Part shown: in pieces, positions 35,997 to 49,185 of the stretch
How positions within the stretch are numbered: the first letter of the stretch is position 1
Layout of the letters: each line of letters opens with the position of its first letter
Sequence record: NC_042098.1
DNA length: 64,000 bases
Strand: one strand, 5' to 3'
The notes under the pieces: model-generated
Database searches by the model: none
The model's input: the letters and a program-made list of their open reading frames with translations, nothing else
What the model was told of the DNA's origin: nothing
Made by a program: the position numbers and the translations under genes

Positions 35997-37586
35997 ATGA
36001 GTAAAGCATACCTCCATACCCTGCTGACTGCAGGTAATGAAGCGTTTGATGCAGCCGGCGAACCAGTGGGTGTGACTGTGGTTGATGCCCCGATCGAAGT
36101 GCCTGTTGTTGCAGACCCAGCAGTTGAGCCAGAAGCCCCAGCGGTAACTGATGCGCCAGTGGTTACGCAGGACCCGGTTGAGCCTGATCCAGAACCAGCA
36201 GCGGTCGTCGTTGCCATCAACGAAGATGAGAAAGAGCTGGTCATTGCGTCTACTGAAGCGGCTGCGGCCGAAGTGGTTGTGATCGAATCTGATTGCGCGC
36301 TGGAAGAAGTCGAAGACCTGCTGGACGACCAGATCCAGGTTGTGGCGGAAACTGAAAACATCGTCGCCTCTATGGAATCGTTCGTCGGTTCTGCGATGAC
36401 CATGCAGGATGCGCAAGCCCTGCAGCAGTGGGTGCATAACGCCACCCGTGGTCAATATGACCAAGCTAAAGTTGTCGGCTCTCTGGAAGCGTTCGGTAAC
36501 GACGTCTCTACCGATGATGCGCTGAACGCTGGCCTGGAAGGGATCGGCGAGTTCCTGAAAGCTGCCCGTAATAAAGCAGCTGATCTGCGTAAAGTCATGG
36601 TTGCGCGCTGGAACGCTTTCTTCAAAGATGTGTTCGTGGGCTTTGATAAAGTTGCACGTCGTGCTGATGCGCTGGGTAAACTGGCGAAAGGTACTTCAGG
36701 CGAATCCAACTCCTCTACTATTCAGCTGCCGCTGGATACGGCCTGGCGTCTGGTGAAAGATGGTAAGGTTTCTCAGAACCTGCCGAAAGATCTGGGTGAC
36801 CTGGGTAAATTTGCCAAGGCGGTCTTTAAAGACAACCCGGAAGCGCTGCTGGTGCATCGTAAGAAACTGGTTGACATCGCTGTTCGTCTGTCTACTGCTG
36901 ACTATGACGACGCACTGAAGATCGGCAAAGAGCTGGTGAACTTCGAACTGCCAAGCGTTGGCGTGTGCAAAACCAAAGTGGTCAACAACTCCAACACGGT
37001 TGATGTGTATCGCTCTGATGAGTTCCTGGGTGCGCTGTCTATTTTCTATTGCAAGCCTGTTGACAAAATCAATGCGCAGTTACCACTGCCGCGTCAGCTG
37101 TCTGACAAGTTCAACTCCATCATCGCGATCGATGTGAGCGTGTCTGAAACCGGTAAGAAAACACCGAAGCTGGATGTCTCTATTGATACTCTGCAGCCGG
37201 CTGAAATCGCCAAAGTGGCTGATGATGTTAACGCTATCCTGGGTGACATCCGTCAGTACCGCACCAACTACGGCGAGTGGTATGCGGCCAACAGCGATCT
37301 GGATCGTGTGATCGGTATCCTGGCGAACGTACCATGGTCTGGCGATGCTGGCACCACTACTGTCGACAGCACCACTGATGCCGAGGGTAATACCTCAACC
37401 ATCGTGAACATCATCGGTCTGAACCGCGACCTGGCGGATGTGATTGAAGGCATGCATGACATGTATAGCTACCTGTCTGTAAGCCCGATCCGTGTCCTGT
37501 CTGCTGAACTGCTGCCAATCCTGAACCGTGCACTGGAAGTGGGTGAGCGTTCTCTGGCAACCTACAGCGACAACAACCTGGCGTAA
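35997..37586 (+). CDS. phiKZ-type internal head protein (PF12699-like)
   Basis: Acidic Pro/Val propeptide with GNE, SME, SLE and GLE sites; mature domain similar to neighbours. Confidence 0.8.
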   Translation: MSKAYLHTLLTAGNEAFDAAGEPVGVTVVDAPIEVPVVADPAVEPEAPAVTDAPVVTQDPVEPDPEPAAVVVAINEDEKELVIASTEAAAAEVVVIESDCALEEVEDLLDDQIQVVAETENIVASMESFVGSAMTMQDAQALQQWVHNATRGQYDQAKVVGSLEAFGNDVSTDDALNAGLEGIGEFLKAARNKAADLRKVMVARWNAFFKDVFVGFDKVARRADALGKLAKGTSGESNSSTIQLPLDTAWRLVKDGKVSQNLPKDLGDLGKFAKAVFKDNPEALLVHRKKLVDIAVRLSTADYDDALKIGKELVNFELPSVGVCKTKVVNNSNTVDVYRSDEFLGALSIFYCKPVDKINAQLPLPRQLSDKFNSIIAIDVSVSETGKKTPKLDVSIDTLQPAEIAKVADDVNAILGDIRQYRTNYGEWYAANSDLDRVIGILANVPWSGDAGTTTVDSTTDAEGNTSTIVNIIGLNRDLADVIEGMHDMYSYLSVSPIRVLSAELLPILNRALEVGERSLATYSDNNLA

Positions 37587-37604
37587 CCGTCATAAGGCAA
37601 AGAG

Positions 37605-38990
37605 ATGTCTTTACATCAAAAGCTCCTCTCTGCCGGGCTGGAGGCGTTTGATGCGCCTCCGGCTGCTCCGGTAGTAGCGGCAGTAGTACCTGCTCCATTT
37701 GATAACAACGCCCCGGTTAGCGAAGACCCGGAACTGATTCGTGAAGAGACTGCTGCCCGTTTAGCGCTCGTGTCGATCATCGAAGCGGAACGTGACGAAG
37801 AAGACTCGCGGTCAGCGGTTTATGAACTGCGTCGTCTGTCTGATGGTTTGGAAGGGTTGATGGTTGAGATTCAAAACGTCAACAACCCAGAAGAACCGAC
37901 TGAAGACGAAATGGCGATGTTGAAAGCCACCGCCCAGCAAGTACGTAAAGAGCTGCTGGAAGATGGTGAGCAAGAACTCGTCATCAATGTCGAAAACGGC
38001 ATTCTGGTCGGTTCACAGGAAGGTCTGGCTGATGCCCTCAGTAATGTGGCGAAGAAGATCGGTTTTGCATTAGGTAATGCAGCGAAAGGTTTACTGAGCA
38101 AAGGCGAGCAGGCGAAAGCGCCGTTGTCTTATAACCGTAAACTGGCGGCTGAACTGAAAGCGAAAATCGATAAGCTCGGCACGACAGAATTTGACTTTAC
38201 CATGCCAGCTGATCTGGTCCGTCAGATTCGTGTGAGCGATACCGGTCCGGTTGATGCACTCAAAGCAGTAGCAGACTTCCCGGCAGCACTTGATGCCTGG
38301 TATCTGACCCCTGCTGATGCAGCAATGAACCTGTTTGAAAAACACGCCAACATCGTGCAGGCGATTGCCGGTAGCAAGACTCTCGAAGAGTTCAACACGA
38401 ACTATGCGAAACTGAGCTCACTGGCACCACCGCTACCTGCAGGCGCTAAACGCCTTGATCCGATTAACACGCGGGATTATATCTTCGATGTTAATGAACA
38501 TCACCCAAGTATGGGTCGTGTGGCTCGCTACTATTATGTTGCGCGTCCGGATGTGGGTAAAACGCCTGAAGATAAAGCGCTGGATAATGTCATTGCTTTG
38601 GCGCAGTATTCGACCGGGATCTATCCGTTCGATAAGATCTCTAAACGCAAAGCAACTGATGAGCAGGTGAAGTTCAGCGCGGCTGAAGTCAAAGGCTTGC
38701 TGGATGACATGCTGAAAGCGTGTGACGTGGTTGATAAGTACCTTTCACGTCTTGCAGTCGCCAGCACAATGGATAAGCGCTACAACGCTCTGGTTGATTT
38801 ACTCAATAGCGACTTGCGTAAACAAGAGTGGTGTTCCACAGAAGTCAACCGCATGGCACGCGTTGCGTTGATCTCAATGGATGCGTATTATTCATACGGG
38901 TTTGCTTATACCAGTCGTGCTTACGAGCTGATGGAGGTGATCGTCAAGTTGGTGAAGAAAGCCGTGTATAAATCTGACCTCAGTAAGTAA
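37605..38990 (+). CDS. phiKZ-type internal head protein (PF12699-like)
   Basis: LSAGLEAF N-terminus, GLE and SQE sites. Confidence 0.8.
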   Translation: MSLHQKLLSAGLEAFDAPPAAPVVAAVVPAPFDNNAPVSEDPELIREETAARLALVSIIEAERDEEDSRSAVYELRRLSDGLEGLMVEIQNVNNPEEPTEDEMAMLKATAQQVRKELLEDGEQELVINVENGILVGSQEGLADALSNVAKKIGFALGNAAKGLLSKGEQAKAPLSYNRKLAAELKAKIDKLGTTEFDFTMPADLVRQIRVSDTGPVDALKAVADFPAALDAWYLTPADAAMNLFEKHANIVQAIAGSKTLEEFNTNYAKLSSLAPPLPAGAKRLDPINTRDYIFDVNEHHPSMGRVARYYYVARPDVGKTPEDKALDNVIALAQYSTGIYPFDKISKRKATDEQVKFSAAEVKGLLDDMLKACDVVDKYLSRLAVASTMDKRYNALVDLLNSDLRKQEWCSTEVNRMARVALISMDAYYSYGFAYTSRAYELMEVIVKLVKKAVYKSDLSK

Positions 38991-39001
38991 ACGGAGAAAA
39001 C

Positions 39002-40372
39002 ATGTCCGCGATTAATGACTTTCTATTTACTGCGGGCATGGAGGGGTTTAACGACCCCTCCTCTATACCGCCCGTTGGTATAGTTGTGCCCTTTTTTGGT
39101 GTTGAGGAGTTCGCCGAAGCGGATGCTGAACAATCTGTACGTATGACAGAGATGAACCAGCAAGCCGAAGCAATTCAACGCCTGCAACAAACGCTGGTCT
39201 ACATCAACGCTCACCGTCCGACCTTTGACCGTGAGAATGCTGCCGTCGTGCAGCAAGCACTGGGTGAAGTGCAGGTACTGATGCCCGACATGGAAGACCC
39301 GGTCACCATCATGGGGTCGCTGGAGCATTATACGCCGGCTTACACCAACCACCTGCTTGCGCACGGTATTGAAGGCATTGGTGATAAGATCCTGAGCGTG
39401 GTCAAGAAGATCATCGAACTCTTGAAGAAAGGTTATGCCTTCTTGAGTAAAGCCATCCAGGCAAAGGGTGTGGTCTTCGGTAAACAGAAGCGCGAACTCG
39501 ATGACCTCAATGCGTGGTTTAAAGAGCAACGCAAAAGCAACGATAAGCCCGCTACCACCACCGGTAATGAACCTAAGGTTGTTACGGTCACTGCCCCGAC
39601 CTATCTGTACACCGTCGACAGTAACAAACCGTTAGCGGCAGATCGCTTAGCAAGCGAAGTGGCAAAGTACAATAAATTCCTGCAGGCCTTCTCGGTTGAT
39701 TTCATCCGGGCGCATATTACCCTGGGTGATCTCTATATTCGTGCACTGGGTAGTCTGGATATTGCCAGCACCAGTAACGAAGAGTTGTTCACCAAGATGT
39801 TTAAGGGCCAGTTTAAATACCAGGCCTCGGGTGCATCGCTGTACACCAAACGCAACGGCGAGATGTGTGATATCGAAACAGTTGGGTTGATTGGCGGGAT
39901 TGGCTTTAAAGCCTCCATCGCGAATATCCTGGTCGCACCGCTTGAGATGACTGCAGACGGTTCTAACCAGCGTAAGTTCTTCAAGCAGATGAACGGGTTA
40001 TACAACTACAGTTTTGTCTCCAAAATAAAAATGGATGGCAGTACGGTAGGGAATACCCCAATCTATGCTTGCAGTCTCGCTGACGCTGAGCGGTTGGTGA
40101 ATCAACTTGATATGTTGACCAACTGGATGATTAACAGTCAACACGACGAAGAGATCCGTGACTTTAATAAGCGGGTGACTGAGTGTGTGGATAAGCTGGC
40201 TGATCGTGCCGGTCGTCTGGGTAATGACCGCAGTGATTTTATCACTACTGTGATCAACGCCTTGTCTGGTATCTCCAGTGGTCTGGAAAATGTGTCTCGT
40301 GGCATGAATCAGCAAACGAACACATTGATCAACAACTTGCGTGAGTACGTTACCAAATCCACGAAAGCGTAA
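39002..40372 (+). CDS. phiKZ-type internal head protein (PF12699-like)
   Basis: TAGMEGF, GSLE and GIE sites; LIGG motif. Confidence 0.8.
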   Translation: MSAINDFLFTAGMEGFNDPSSIPPVGIVVPFFGVEEFAEADAEQSVRMTEMNQQAEAIQRLQQTLVYINAHRPTFDRENAAVVQQALGEVQVLMPDMEDPVTIMGSLEHYTPAYTNHLLAHGIEGIGDKILSVVKKIIELLKKGYAFLSKAIQAKGVVFGKQKRELDDLNAWFKEQRKSNDKPATTTGNEPKVVTVTAPTYLYTVDSNKPLAADRLASEVAKYNKFLQAFSVDFIRAHITLGDLYIRALGSLDIASTSNEELFTKMFKGQFKYQASGASLYTKRNGEMCDIETVGLIGGIGFKASIANILVAPLEMTADGSNQRKFFKQMNGLYNYSFVSKIKMDGSTVGNTPIYACSLADAERLVNQLDMLTNWMINSQHDEEIRDFNKRVTECVDKLADRAGRLGNDRSDFITTVINALSGISSGLENVSRGMNQQTNTLINNLREYVTKSTKA

Positions 40373-40390
40373 ATTATTATATGTGTTAAC

Positions 40391-40413
40391 GGCCCTGCAG
40401 GAAACGCGGGGCC
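40391..40413 (+). promoter_or_regulatory. Intergenic hairpin (terminator or 5' stabiliser) near a TATG late-type site
   Basis: GGCCCTGC/GCGGGGCC stem, preceded by TTATATG at about 40377. Confidence 0.45.
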
Positions 40414-40465
40414 TTATCACAATACGATCGTATTTAATTTCATGAAATTAAGGTAGAGACTCACT

Positions 40466-41821
40466 ATGTCTATTCAAGCATTTTTAAACCTCGGCGCCGA
40501 GGCTTTCGAAGACGCACCGGTTGTTGAAGAAGCACCGGTTGTAGTTGTTGCACCAGTACCAGAAGAAGTGATCGAGCTGATTGCCGAGCGTGATGATTCG
40601 AACATCGCCCTGGCTATTGCTCAGGATGCGGCGGCAATGTCTGCTGCTGAGCGTCAGGTGGAAGAGTTTGCTTCCGCAATCGAGCGCGTTGAAAATGTCC
40701 AGGCATCAATGGAGCACTTCATCGAAGCGGGCCTGTCGCAGAAATCAGCAATGATGCTGCATCGCCAGATCTCAACAGTTATGGCATCTGTCGGCAAGGA
40801 TGGCAGCGCCATCGGTGGCGGTCTGGAAAACTTCGACAACGAAGAAGCCAGCATTGCACTGCTGACCGCTGGTCTGGAAGCACTGGATGCCGAGAAAGCC
40901 GATCTGTCCTCCCGTGCCGGTGCATCTATTGCCGGTATCGCTGGTAACATTAAAAGCTTTCTGGGCAACATCAGTACTCAGGCCGGTCGTTATAAACTGC
41001 GTGCTGAAGCGATCGTTAAATCTGCTGACGGCGCTGAAGCCAAGTCCGGTACTGTTGAAGTAAAAGATAAACACCTGGTTGTAAAAGGTGGCAATCCATC
41101 AACTAACCTGAAAGGCGATCTGGGTAACTTCAGCAAGCTGGTTGGTGCGGCAATCGCTACCTTCATCGAAGGCGATATCGTTAAAGAAGGCAGCGCCCTG
41201 GCAAAAGCTGGCGAGACCATCATTAAAGCGACTACCGCTGATGTGGCAGTGAAAGCTGCAATGGGTGTGAAACACAATCCATTCCCGGGCGCAACCATCG
41301 CAGTGCAGGACAAAGACACCTTCAGTATCAAACGTACTGAAGTGGTTCTCGGCGGCTATGCGGTATTCGATCTGCAATATAAAGCCACCGGCGGCGAAGG
41401 TGCTGAAGCAGCTGTTGCGCATCTGAATGCACTGAGCAAAAACCGCGTTACTCTTCGTCAGGCTCCAGTTGAAGCTGGTAGCGAGAAAGTATTCTCTGCC
41501 ACTATGTCTCCGGCCGATGGCGCAGCACTGGCGAAAGATGTTATCGCAATGCTGGACAACATCACAGCGGTCAATAACCGTAGCCTGGGTGCGGTAAGTG
41601 GTGCACTGGCCCGTCTGGGTACCAGCGTTGTGTTGAAAGGTGCTGTGGCGAAAGACGCAGACAAAGACGTGAAGAAAATTGCTGGTGCCATGGGTAAAAC
41701 CCTGGTTGGTTCTATCCAGGCTGTTAACAGTCTGCCACGCGATGCCCTGAGCGCTGCGCTGAAAGTGTCTGATGCTGTACTGAAAGTTGCTAAGAAAGCT
41801 GCTGCAGGTCAAGTAGACTAA
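40466..41821 (+). CDS. phiKZ-type major internal head protein (PF12699-like)
   Basis: LGAEAF, SME, GLE and GLE sites; VLGGY motif; strongly biased codons suggest high expression. Confidence 0.82.
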   Translation: MSIQAFLNLGAEAFEDAPVVEEAPVVVVAPVPEEVIELIAERDDSNIALAIAQDAAAMSAAERQVEEFASAIERVENVQASMEHFIEAGLSQKSAMMLHRQISTVMASVGKDGSAIGGGLENFDNEEASIALLTAGLEALDAEKADLSSRAGASIAGIAGNIKSFLGNISTQAGRYKLRAEAIVKSADGAEAKSGTVEVKDKHLVVKGGNPSTNLKGDLGNFSKLVGAAIATFIEGDIVKEGSALAKAGETIIKATTADVAVKAAMGVKHNPFPGATIAVQDKDTFSIKRTEVVLGGYAVFDLQYKATGGEGAEAAVAHLNALSKNRVTLRQAPVEAGSEKVFSATMSPADGAALAKDVIAMLDNITAVNNRSLGAVSGALARLGTSVVLKGAVAKDADKDVKKIAGAMGKTLVGSIQAVNSLPRDALSAALKVSDAVLKVAKKAAAGQVD

Positions 41822-41840
41822 TCGAGTAACTTGACAACCT

Positions 41841-41875
41841 TAGGGGGAGAGGGGTTTCCCTCTCCTCTTATACCG
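41841..41875 (+). terminator. Intrinsic terminator
   Basis: AGGGGGAGAGGG-GTTT-CCCTCTCCTCT then TATACCG (variant tail). Confidence 0.75.
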
Positions 41876-41892
41876 ACCAAGAAGGTGAATGC

Positions 41893-44235
41893 ATGTCAAC
41901 CATGACAGAACTGGGTCCGTCACAAGGCACACTCCTTGCGGATGAGAAAGCAGTACACGATGACGCGGCCACCGAAGCCACCGAAGTTGCACTCCACGTA
42001 TTAAAGAAGATTGGTAAGAAGAAAGGGAAAGATGACGAGGATGAAGAGGTCGTGCTCTCATTTGGTAGCGAAGGCTATGCCATGCTCACCAGTATGTCAT
42101 TTGATCTGACTGAGAACTCCGATCTGGCCGTACAGGAACTCCTGGATAAGATCACCACCATCGTCATTGAAGCAAATGGCAATCTCACGCAGAAAGATCT
42201 GGAGAAGATCAAGAGTGTGGGGAATGAGTCGTTGTTAGGCGATGGGAATGAAGACTATAAAGAAGTCGTCACCATGGTCATGAAACGGATCATGCAATTC
42301 ATTCGCTGGGCGATCAACCAGGGTAAGGAAGGGATCAAACGGGTTGCTGACCGCTTGAGTCGTCTGAGCGTGAAGACGATGTATGTTGAGCGTAAGATCG
42401 ATATCTCCACTGACAACTCATTGCCGACTGACAAGTTTGTGTTACCGCGCAGCTATCCAATGCTGATGATGGTGAACAAACCACCGGCCAATGCCATGGA
42501 AGTGATTAACGCCGTCAACCGCACCAAGTATCTCTTCACCACGCTACATAACGACTACCAAGGCTTCCAGGCGTTGTTTAAGGCGGCGGTAGCCACTGGC
42601 TCTCGGGCTGACACCTTAGAGATGATCAACAACTATCTCAACGGGCTGATCAGTAAGCTCTCAGCACGCCCTAACCCACTGTTCGATAACCGCAATACCT
42701 TTAACCAGTTACCGGGTGGGTATCGTCTGGTGTTCTCAGAAGGTCAGTCGTTTGCGGATTGTGGGGCAACGATCCTGCGTACGCCGGAGAAATATGAAGC
42801 CGCACCGGCGGTTCAGCGTCCAGATAAAGCGAGCCTGGTGCGGTTGGTCAGTGAGATCAAAACCTACCTGCGGGTGATTAACGAGGTCTACGGTAAAGTC
42901 TCCAGTCGTCTGGAAGTTGATTTCCGTAACATCGTGAAAGCGGCAGAGAAAGAAGTGAAGGGGTTTGATTCAACAGCAGATATCCGCACTGCTTCGACCA
43001 CCATCGAATGGTTCACCGAACAGCAGTCACGTCTGTATACCCGCTCAATGATGCTCTCTTGTACGGTATTGAATGCCGCACTTGATTACTGCCTGGGTGC
43101 CATTGGGGCGAAACCGGCTGTCGGTACCGAAAGCTTTGATATCCTTGATACCTCATCAATGGGTTATGCGATCGAGTCGCTGGGCGAACAAATGGAACGG
43201 CTTGACGCTGGGCTGTGTGAGCTGGAGATCGATGCCCGTACTATGCAGTCGATTACCGATGTCAAAGAGATGGTAGATGTCGATAACGATCACGTCATCC
43301 AGCTTCTGATGCAACAGCGCCCAAGCAGCTATTTCAATCCAGTGGACGGGATCTCAGAGTACTCGCTGGGTGATGCCTTTAACGGCAGCCCTACGGCACG
43401 CTATATCGGCAGACGTTTAACCAGCATCGTTAACCTTACGAATCAGCTCTCTGGCACCACGGATTTGATGAAAGGGTTATTGGCTGAAATGCCAACGGGT
43501 GAGATCAAGCCAGGCAGTGATGCGGATGTAATCGAGCGTAACTCGTTGCTTGACCGGGAGATGTTTGAAGGTCATCCCCTGTGTGCGTTCCTGCATCGGG
43601 TAGACCGGGAAGGTATCTACGCCACCGATGTGATTCGCTATGTTACTGACACCTATGAGAAACTGCGTCAAGTGCGCACGACTCTGGCGGTTCAGGCTGA
43701 GCAGATGACACTAACAGTGGCTGATGGCGAGATGAACGTGAGCTTGTTGAAAGAGTTCCTGTTTAACGCCCCTCAGGAGCCCTTCACGGACAGCGTGCTC
43801 TGTGGTGGATTCAGACTACAACCTGTAGCAGAAAAGCTCGGAGAACTCGTTATACACGGTGCTGTGATGGATTCCCCTCCGCCACTGAAACCGATGACGA
43901 CTATCCATCGCCCAAGCTACGACGAGTATAATGGTGTCAACCAGCTGGCAAGCCTGTTCGGTAATGAACTGCGGGAACTGGCTAAGATCGCAGAGCGGCT
44001 ACAAATCGGCACAGGGTATTTGCGCTACATCACAACCTCAGTAGCGGACAACCTCAATGAGGATGGCTTGAAAGGGGGTGGTGATGGTTGGTTCAATACT
44101 GCACTTGAGTACTTGGCGGTGTCAGCACGCCAGTATCGCTGGATGTATCGCCTAACTGTTCAGTTGGCGGTGTATGAACACACCATGATCAATGCCCTGC
44201 GTCACTACAACAACTCAGGAGGCTGGCATGACTGA
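41893..44235 (+). CDS. Large internal head protein with two paralogous units
   Basis: 780 aa; GSE and GNE sites at N-terminus plus GTE and AIE mid-protein; LPGGYRL and LCGGFRL repeats. Confidence 0.72.
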   Translation: MSTMTELGPSQGTLLADEKAVHDDAATEATEVALHVLKKIGKKKGKDDEDEEVVLSFGSEGYAMLTSMSFDLTENSDLAVQELLDKITTIVIEANGNLTQKDLEKIKSVGNESLLGDGNEDYKEVVTMVMKRIMQFIRWAINQGKEGIKRVADRLSRLSVKTMYVERKIDISTDNSLPTDKFVLPRSYPMLMMVNKPPANAMEVINAVNRTKYLFTTLHNDYQGFQALFKAAVATGSRADTLEMINNYLNGLISKLSARPNPLFDNRNTFNQLPGGYRLVFSEGQSFADCGATILRTPEKYEAAPAVQRPDKASLVRLVSEIKTYLRVINEVYGKVSSRLEVDFRNIVKAAEKEVKGFDSTADIRTASTTIEWFTEQQSRLYTRSMMLSCTVLNAALDYCLGAIGAKPAVGTESFDILDTSSMGYAIESLGEQMERLDAGLCELEIDARTMQSITDVKEMVDVDNDHVIQLLMQQRPSSYFNPVDGISEYSLGDAFNGSPTARYIGRRLTSIVNLTNQLSGTTDLMKGLLAEMPTGEIKPGSDADVIERNSLLDREMFEGHPLCAFLHRVDREGIYATDVIRYVTDTYEKLRQVRTTLAVQAEQMTLTVADGEMNVSLLKEFLFNAPQEPFTDSVLCGGFRLQPVAEKLGELVIHGAVMDSPPPLKPMTTIHRPSYDEYNGVNQLASLFGNELRELAKIAERLQIGTGYLRYITTSVADNLNEDGLKGGGDGWFNTALEYLAVSARQYRWMYRLTVQLAVYEHTMINALRHYNNSGGWHD

Positions 44236-44575
44236 TAACAGTAACAAGGCGTTGTATAATGCAGCGCGCTTGCCTGTTCTTTACGAGTACCCGCATGACT
44301 TCACCCCGTATGCCCGTTTACTGGCTAACGAGAAGCAAGGCGCACAACCTTCGCAGGCGTTTGCTGAGATGCTGGCTAAGGTAACGGGTGATCCCTGGAC
44401 ACTGACCCCTAAGCAACCGTATACCCTGTACGGTGCCAAGGTGACGTTGATTGGTGAGAACCAGCCCAACTTCCCAACCAGTAAACGGTTTCCTTACGTC
44501 CTGGTGTTGCAGTTGAGTACCAGGTATCAAGAACGCAAGTTATACCTGAGCTTTAAGATCTTGAAATCGAGCTGA
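44228..44575 (+). CDS. Hypothetical protein
   Basis: ATG 44228 after AGGAGG, 8-nt overlap with previous gene. Confidence 0.68.
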   Translation: MTDNSNKALYNAARLPVLYEYPHDFTPYARLLANEKQGAQPSQAFAEMLAKVTGDPWTLTPKQPYTLYGAKVTLIGENQPNFPTSKRFPYVLVLQLSTRYQERKLYLSFKILKSS

Positions 44576-44612
44576 GCATAAGGAGAGGGCAAACGCCCTC
44601 TCCTCTATGCCG
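44576..44612. terminator. Bidirectional terminator
   Basis: GCATA-AGGAGAGGGC-AAAC-GCCCTCTCCT-CTATGCCG; perfect 10-bp stem between convergent genes. Confidence 0.85.
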
Positions 44613-45314
44613 TTATGCTTGTGGTGCTTCGCCACTGCCATCAGCTGGCGTGGTTTCATCTTCACTGAACGTATTGGGAATACGAGGCAGATCACCAATC
44701 ACAGTTGCGGAGGTTACCGCGTTCTTGAAAGTCCAGTAACGCTCAAGGTACGCATTATAAGACTCCAGCAGACGCTCAACCACGTCGATCACTTCAACCG
44801 GTAAGAGTTCAACCATTTGACCGTCAACAGTACGCAGACGAAATTTGGTTTCATCGGAGGCCCCGACGCGTTTCTCACCGACCACACGCATGCCCATCAG
44901 GTTAGCGCGTTCTTCAGCAGTCATCACCACTTTATAGTCTGTGCTTTCATGAGTAAATGCAATGCCGTTGTTAAGATCATTACTGATGATCTCTTTGGCA
45001 CTTTGCAGTGACATGTCTTTACCCATTGCCAGGTTGGCTGCGAGCTCTTCTTCATTATAAGCCCGCACATCCCAGAATTGGTAATAAAGACCGTCATCAC
45101 CTTTAACCGGTGTACCTTCGGTCACCACATCGCCATCCGGTCGATCAACCATGTTGACCATGGCGTAAGGACGAGGAAGGTTCAGCAGCTTCTCAGACTC
45201 GATGGTGCTACCCCAGCTGGTCTGCATGTTGTCCTGACGGGCATCATACATGTACTTCGGGTAAGCCATATCCTCGATACGGACGAGGGGTGTAGAATTC
45301 GTTACTGTAGTCAT
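44613..45314 (-). CDS. Fibre assembly chaperone-like protein (DUF4376-type C-terminus)
   Basis: YP.Y..D.R.DN..TS....I N-terminus typical of tail-fibre assembly proteins; lies immediately after fibre gene. Confidence 0.62.
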   Translation of the reverse strand: MTTVTNSTPLVRIEDMAYPKYMYDARQDNMQTSWGSTIESEKLLNLPRPYAMVNMVDRPDGDVVTEGTPVKGDDGLYYQFWDVRAYNEEELAANLAMGKDMSLQSAKEIISNDLNNGIAFTHESTDYKVVMTAEERANLMGMRVVGEKRVGASDETKFRLRTVDGQMVELLPVEVIDVVERLLESYNAYLERYWTFKNAVTSATVIGDLPRIPNTFSEDETTPADGSGEAPQA

Positions 45315-45362
45315 TACGACTCCTTGAAGAATGCTGGGGCTTTCACCCCAGCACAGACGCCG

Positions 45363-48461
<3,099 letters not shown>

Positions 48462-48520
48462 TACAAACCTCTTTTAGTAACTATATTGCTGTTTAGTGTA
48501 AACGGGTTCACACTCGTGTG

Positions 48521-49054
48521 TTATGCCACGCTTTCAAGCTTCAGTGGCTGGCCGTCTTCAGTTGTGAGCCATTGACCACTTTCAGTCAGCAGGACAGGCT
48601 GCTGCGTCGCACCGGTGTTAATCAGCACCGCAAGGGTACCTTCATAGACGAGGCTACCTTGGAAGACGATGTCGTGCATGATACGACCTTCGCTGTCCGT
48701 GTTGTTCGCGTCAATGGTGCGATCTGAAATGTCATTGGCTGTGACCTGCAAGCCGTAACGACCGTTTAACGTCGCCAGCAGATCTTTAGTTGTGGATGGA
48801 GTACTAACAGTGAGTTCTGGAACAATGCCAAAAAACAACGTCGATACCTTGAGTCGGTCGAGGTTGACGATATTGCTCCCAACGTACCCTTTGTCAGCTA
48901 CAGCAATAACAGGGATGTCGGTATCGCGTTTACCCGCTCCTGTCACTGGCGTAGGGACACCAAAGTTAATTTGATCAGCCTGGATAGTAAGATTATTATC
49001 CTGGTTAATTTGATCAACGATGATTTGGGCCGATGGCTGATTCAGGATGGTCAT
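48521..49054 (-). CDS. Virion structural/decoration protein
   Basis: IVDQINQDN...FG.P...RDT...YVGS...LDRL Ig-like jumbo-phage pattern; C-terminal LLTESGQWLTTEDG. Confidence 0.65.
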   Translation of the reverse strand: MTILNQPSAQIIVDQINQDNNLTIQADQINFGVPTPVTGAGKRDTDIPVIAVADKGYVGSNIVNLDRLKVSTLFFGIVPELTVSTPSTTKDLLATLNGRYGLQVTANDISDRTIDANNTDSEGRIMHDIVFQGSLVYEGTLAVLINTGATQQPVLLTESGQWLTTEDGQPLKLESVA

Positions 49055-49185
49055 ACTTTTCTCCCGTAAGCGCCGTTTCTGATGATCATATAATAATTTC
49101 TTTTCTACAAAACTAACCTAATCAAATAGGTATTCTGTGGTGAAATCGTATAGACATTAAAAGAAAGGGGATTGAGGATTACATC

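Noticed and set aside
41099-41812. 237-aa antisense ORF to the internal head gene
   Set aside because: Typical stop-free shadow frame of a highly biased gene
41830-41836. TTGACA as sigma70 promoter
   Set aside because: No -10 at correct spacing; it lies directly before a terminator
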